Shown here piece by piece: positions 59,590 through 64,000 of a stretch of DNA of 64,000 nt. Positions within the stretch are counted from its first letter, which is position 1. Each line of letters begins with the position of its first letter. The notes beneath the pieces are model-generated. The model was not told where the DNA came from, did not search any database, and saw nothing but the letters and a program-made list of their open reading frames with translations. Source of the stretch: Nitrospirota bacterium (GTDB lineage: Bacteria > Nitrospirota > Thermodesulfovibrionia > Thermodesulfovibrionales > Dissulfurispiraceae); the NCBI GenBank assembly GCA_963710375.1, contig CAVPZX010000003.1, forward strand, positions 96,001 to 160,000. The letters run 5' to 3'. The position numbers were made by a program, and so were the translations under genes.

Positions 59590-61017
59590 GTGAAAAAATC
59601 ACTGGGCATAGCACTTTTAATCTTGCTTTTTATGGCAGGGTGTGAGTCAGTGAACACTCAGGTGAAGCCGGCGCTTGAGAATGAGGGGGAAGTGTTCGTA
59701 TATATCGCATCATTTCCTCAGGAGGCGGACAGGCTTACCGTCGAAATTGAGAGCGTTACCGCTGTGCGTAACGACGGCGCAGAGTTCCCCCTTACGCTTA
59801 ATTTTGTAACACTGAAAGGAAGCGACCTGAAGAGACAACGCTTCCTGGCTTCCGGCCGGCTGCCGCCGGGTCATTATACGGGCCTGTCCATAAAGACGAA
59901 GAGCGCGAAAGTGGCTGCTGAGGAGGGAGAAGCAGCGTTGCTCGTACCGCCCGAGCCTGTGAAGAACGAATTCTCTTTTGAGGTGACAAGGAAAAGAGCA
60001 CTCCTTCTCTCCCTTCTTTATCAGCCTTCCAAGTCCGTGCTGGAAGGCTTCACGTTCAGGCCGGTCTTCACGATCTCTATCCCGAGTGCGCCGCCAGTCA
60101 ACCTTATCGGTTATGTAACGAACAGCGGCGCCAATACCATTACGGTTTTTGATAAGCAGTCAGGGCTGGTAAGAAGCGTTATTGCAACAGGTGAGCGGCC
60201 AATGGGCATGGCCCTCGACCAGACTTTGCGTAAGGCCTATGTCGCTTTTGAGGGTGAAGATGCCGTGGGTATCATTGACCTGTTGTCCGGCACGATTGTA
60301 AACAGGATCTACCTCAGCGGAGGCGACATGCCCTGTGAATTGGCGCTCACCCCCGACCAGCAGTTCCTGTTAACGGTGAACACAGGTTCACAGACTGTCA
60401 GCATTATCAATACGCAATCCATGTTCGAAACAGCGAGGGTGCCTGTCGGACAAGGACCTCATTCAATAATTATCAACAGGACCGGCAGCAGGGCATATGT
60501 CTTCAACTCCATTTCGAACACAATATCGATCATTAATATTGCTGCCTGGTCATCGGGACGGCCTACTACTGCCCAGGCGGTTCAGACTGTCAGTACAGAG
60601 CCGGGTCCCATGACCGGCCAGTTCAGCAGCAGGGGAGACAAACTCTATGTGGTCCAGGAGCGCTCGCTATATATTACTGTACGGGATCCGGCCTCTAACG
60701 CTCTGCTAAACAGAATATACATGGGTACCGGAGGCAGGACGATCAAAGTGGACCCTAATACAAATATGCTCTATGTGGCGCCTGCCGGCGGAACAGATAT
60801 CGAGATCTATGACCCGTTCTCACTGATTGCCGGCTATTTCATGCCTATGGAAGGAGAAGTTGTTTCTATGACAATAGACAATGACGACAACACCTTATGC
60901 GCTGTGGTTCCCGAAAAGAGAATGGTGAAGATCATCAATCTCACGAGCAGGAAAGTGATCTCTGAGATGGACGTCGATGTCAACCCGTACTGGGTGGACG
61001 TAATGGGCGAACGGTAG
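59590..61017 (+). CDS. lipoprotein with N-terminal beta-sandwich and YVTN/YncE beta-propeller
   Basis: GTG start, lipobox FMAGC; YVTNSG.NTI.V.D, G..P.G, V.VG..P repeats. Confidence 0.88.
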   Translation: MKKSLGIALLILLFMAGCESVNTQVKPALENEGEVFVYIASFPQEADRLTVEIESVTAVRNDGAEFPLTLNFVTLKGSDLKRQRFLASGRLPPGHYTGLSIKTKSAKVAAEEGEAALLVPPEPVKNEFSFEVTRKRALLLSLLYQPSKSVLEGFTFRPVFTISIPSAPPVNLIGYVTNSGANTITVFDKQSGLVRSVIATGERPMGMALDQTLRKAYVAFEGEDAVGIIDLLSGTIVNRIYLSGGDMPCELALTPDQQFLLTVNTGSQTVSIINTQSMFETARVPVGQGPHSIIINRTGSRAYVFNSISNTISIINIAAWSSGRPTTAQAVQTVSTEPGPMTGQFSSRGDKLYVVQERSLYITVRDPASNALLNRIYMGTGGRTIKVDPNTNMLYVAPAGGTDIEIYDPFSLIAGYFMPMEGEVVSMTIDNDDNTLCAVVPEKRMVKIINLTSRKVISEMDVDVNPYWVDVMGER

Positions 61018-61034
61018 GTATCGGCCGGCCGGGA

Positions 61035-63347
61035 ATGTCAAGACTTTCACTGTTATTTTTTTTAGTGTGTGCCGCTGCGGTGATATATACGGAGGCGTTT
61101 AGTGGAAGAGCCTGTGCAGACGATATATCGGGCTATGCGGAACTGGACTATTCACATTCCAACCAGAAGACCGACAACGGAAACGGAAACGTTTCCACGC
61201 AGAAAACAGATGATGTCACACAGCGATATAACCTTTCGCTAACTAAGCTGCTTTATCCCAACCTTAAGTTTTTTGCAAACGGTATTTTTGAGAAGGATAT
61301 GGCATCTACCGTAGACGAAACCGGCAAGACAAATTCAACGACGACAAACATTCAGCCGGTCGTCAGCCTTACTTTAGGCACCCCGGTAATCGTGGCCGGG
61401 GCCACATATAACAGGCTCCAGATTAATACGCAGTCCTCAGGCGCCTCTCAGACCCTTATCAACGAAAATTACAGTGGTTCGCTCGGCTTAAGGCCGGAAG
61501 GGTTGCCGTCTTTCGACATCAATGAACAAATGACCAGGACTTATGACCCGGCGCATGTCGTTGAGAACCTGATAACGGACCGGCTGTCAGTGGGTTCAAG
61601 GTTTAGTCCCGTGAAGGGTCTTGATCTGGGTTATCAGTTCGGCTATACCGATACTAATGACAAGTTGGCAGATGTTACCACGACGCAGATCAACAACAGC
61701 GGCACATTTTCGTATAATCATAGTTTTTGGGGTAACAGGGTTCGTTTTGGCGTAGACGGCAACGTCTCGCAGCTTCAAACTAAGGCGACCATCGGCGCTG
61801 CATCTACTACCGGCACAGCGCAGTTCAGCCAGTCAGCCGTTTCTGGTCTGTATGCAGCGGACTCGACAGCAGACTCTCCACTGGGCGTGGATGTGCCGCC
61901 CCATACACCCGTCAACGATGCAATGATTTCCACAACCTTCCTTATCAATGGCGGCGATTTCCTCGGCAATGTGGGAAAGCTGAATATCGGTTTTCCTCAG
62001 ACGAACCCGGCGGACAACAACCCCCGTGATGTAGGTCTGGCTTTTGCGCAACCCACGGAGCTGGATGCCATTTATGTAACCGTTAACCAGGATGTCAACA
62101 GCATAGCTACATCATATTCCTGGGATGTATACATAAGCTCCGATACCAATATCGGGCAAGGGGTGAGTCCCACTGCCACGCAGCAGTGGACCCTATACCA
62201 GCAGGGGGCAACTTTTATCTTTTCAGAGATCGACAACACTTTTAGAATTAGCTTCCAGAAGGTTACAGCTCAGTTCTTCAAGGTGGTAACAAAGCCCCTC
62301 AGTGTGCCTGCTTCTGTGCCTGGAGTGGATGTCAATAACATACTTATCAGCCAGGTACAGGCGTTCGATACGACCGCTCCTTCGAATGCTCCGACAAACA
62401 AGACCACCACGACTACACAGAACTACGACATGAACTTGAGGGTGAGGATCCTCAATAAGCCGGTGCTCTACTACGACCTGACGTCCTATTATTCAAACAC
62501 GTCAAATAAAGGTTCAGGCTTCGCAGTGGGTCACCCCAGCCTGTTGACATACTACATCTCCAACGGCCTGTCAGGGGCATACCAGTTCAGCAGGGTATTT
62601 TCGACATCCGCAAGGGTCGCACTAGAGGACAGCAAAGACCAGCAGGGCTCCGGCGTCACCCAGATCTACAATGCCGCGGTTACCGCGGCGCCCCTTGAAA
62701 CGTTGAGCCACTCTCTCGTCTTCAGCAGCAGGCGGGAATCGATCCACGGAGCGCCTCAAGACATCACCTCGCTATTCCTGACTAATCTTGCCCAACTATA
62801 TAAAGGGATCAATGCTGCCTTTTCAGGCGGATTAAACTGGACCACCCAGACAACGCTTCAGAAAAACACGAGTGAAACCCTTAATGCCACCCTCAGCTTC
62901 GTCCCTTACAAAGTCCTTACTATTAACAGTGATTTTACCTACACGAACTCAAAGACAACAGGAGGGAACATACCCAACGTGCTGACAACATCTGAACGAA
63001 GCGATCTGGCGTTTACATATACTCCATTCCCGACACTGAACTTTTTAGGGTCCATAGGCGTGTTTTCCGGGGCAAATGTCCAGTCGAGCACTATCGTAAA
63101 CTATGGCGTGAACTGGTCGCCGTTCCCCAACGGCACACTCCTGTTCAATTTCTCCTACATTGAGGATCTCAACTCTTTGAACAGTGTAAAAGATACAACG
63201 ATATTGCCTACTGTCAGATGGAACATCAGCCCTAACACATATTTGACAATTACCTATAATATCTTCAAGACTAAATCCGTCGTAACAAATGTGCCTCAGA
63301 ACACATCCCTCGACACTTTAAGTACGGTGCTCCATGTGTCATTCTGA
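61035..63347 (+). CDS. large outer-membrane beta-barrel protein with an inserted soluble domain
   Basis: Signal peptide, long runs of alternating amphipathic strands rich in S/T/N/Y, terminal LHVSF. Confidence 0.75.
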   Translation: MSRLSLLFFLVCAAAVIYTEAFSGRACADDISGYAELDYSHSNQKTDNGNGNVSTQKTDDVTQRYNLSLTKLLYPNLKFFANGIFEKDMASTVDETGKTNSTTTNIQPVVSLTLGTPVIVAGATYNRLQINTQSSGASQTLINENYSGSLGLRPEGLPSFDINEQMTRTYDPAHVVENLITDRLSVGSRFSPVKGLDLGYQFGYTDTNDKLADVTTTQINNSGTFSYNHSFWGNRVRFGVDGNVSQLQTKATIGAASTTGTAQFSQSAVSGLYAADSTADSPLGVDVPPHTPVNDAMISTTFLINGGDFLGNVGKLNIGFPQTNPADNNPRDVGLAFAQPTELDAIYVTVNQDVNSIATSYSWDVYISSDTNIGQGVSPTATQQWTLYQQGATFIFSEIDNTFRISFQKVTAQFFKVVTKPLSVPASVPGVDVNNILISQVQAFDTTAPSNAPTNKTTTTTQNYDMNLRVRILNKPVLYYDLTSYYSNTSNKGSGFAVGHPSLLTYYISNGLSGAYQFSRVFSTSARVALEDSKDQQGSGVTQIYNAAVTAAPLETLSHSLVFSSRRESIHGAPQDITSLFLTNLAQLYKGINAAFSGGLNWTTQTTLQKNTSETLNATLSFVPYKVLTINSDFTYTNSKTTGGNIPNVLTTSERSDLAFTYTPFPTLNFLGSIGVFSGANVQSSTIVNYGVNWSPFPNGTLLFNFSYIEDLNSLNSVKDTTILPTVRWNISPNTYLTITYNIFKTKSVVTNVPQNTSLDTLSTVLHVSF

Positions 63348-63404
63348 AGCCTGGGGGTATTAGTGGAAATAGTATCAAATAATATGTTAATGTTTGTTTT
63401 TCGT

Positions 63405-63986
63405 ATGAGTAATATCGTATCTAAAATCAAAGCGATTGTTCTGTTAGCAGTGCTATGCTTGCTGCCCTGCTGCGGCGGACGCAGTTCTGATTCCTATCGG
63501 GATCCGAATATGGATTTCGCCTCTATACGGACCGTGGCCGTGCTGCCCTTTGCAAATCTGTCAAAAGACCAATTGGCTGGTGAGAGGGTGAGGGACGTGT
63601 TTATTCCAATGCTGATGGAGAGCGGGAGCATCTATGTTTTGCCTCCTGGAGAAGTAGCCCGCGGACTCTCAAGGATCAATGTTGCCAATCCCACTGCTCC
63701 TGCTGTTGAAGAGGTGACGAAACTGGCCTCGATCCTGAGAGTGGATGCCGTTATCACAGGTTTGGTAAGGGAATACGGTGAATTACGGTCGGGAAACACA
63801 GAGGCAAATGTCATTTCGCTGAGCCTCGAAATGCTCGATGGACAGACAGGAAGGGTAGTGTGGGTCGCCTCTACCACTAAAGGGGGGATCACGTTGAAAG
63901 ACAGGCTCCTTGGCGGCGGCGGCAGCGCCATGAACGATGTGACCGAAAATGCAGTGAATGATCTGCTTGATAAGCTTTTTAAATAG
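63405..63986 (+). CDS. CsgG/GNA1162(DUF799)-like lipoprotein
   Basis: Lipobox LPCC; TVAVLPFANLS, L.VDAVITG.V.EY, L..LD..TG.VVW; start uncertain. Confidence 0.8.
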   Translation: MSNIVSKIKAIVLLAVLCLLPCCGGRSSDSYRDPNMDFASIRTVAVLPFANLSKDQLAGERVRDVFIPMLMESGSIYVLPPGEVARGLSRINVANPTAPAVEEVTKLASILRVDAVITGLVREYGELRSGNTEANVISLSLEMLDGQTGRVVWVASTTKGGITLKDRLLGGGGSAMNDVTENAVNDLLDKLFK

Positions 63987-64000
63987 ATTTTTTTTGGTTA

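Overview
Bacterial chromosomal window. Gene content suggests an anaerobic respirer, possibly Nitrospirota/Thermodesulfovibrionia or Desulfobacterota (inference only). The left ~39 kb is mostly housekeeping and metabolism: tRNA-Ser(CGA), glgC, trxA-tlpA-ffh-rpsP-khpA-trmD-rplS (no rimM), rnhB, hypF, glgX, fbaA, dcd, pyrF and a trpE/pabB-like gene. It also holds a minus-strand run with two selenoproteins: a formate dehydrogenase alpha subunit, and a UxxC DsbA-like protein that the ORF track misses, which overlaps a diheme peroxidase gene. The right ~25 kb is a coherent extracellular-electron-transfer island. It contains System II cytochrome c maturation genes, a heme-motif sensor kinase with a sigma54 activator, two c7-type hexaheme cytochromes, duplicated REC-PilZ genes, two OmcS-like hexaheme nanowire cytochromes, NHL/beta-propeller proteins, an outer-membrane beta-barrel and a lipoprotein. 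Its regulation can be read from the DNA: four sigma54 promoters share a paired upstream motif, and a GEMM-I (c-di-GMP-I type) riboswitch with a visible anti-RBS ON mechanism precedes the second OmcS-like gene. Palindromic hexamer/heptamer microsatellites occur between genes and in-frame inside genes. At least eight single frameshifts in conserved genes suggest indel errors in the assembly.
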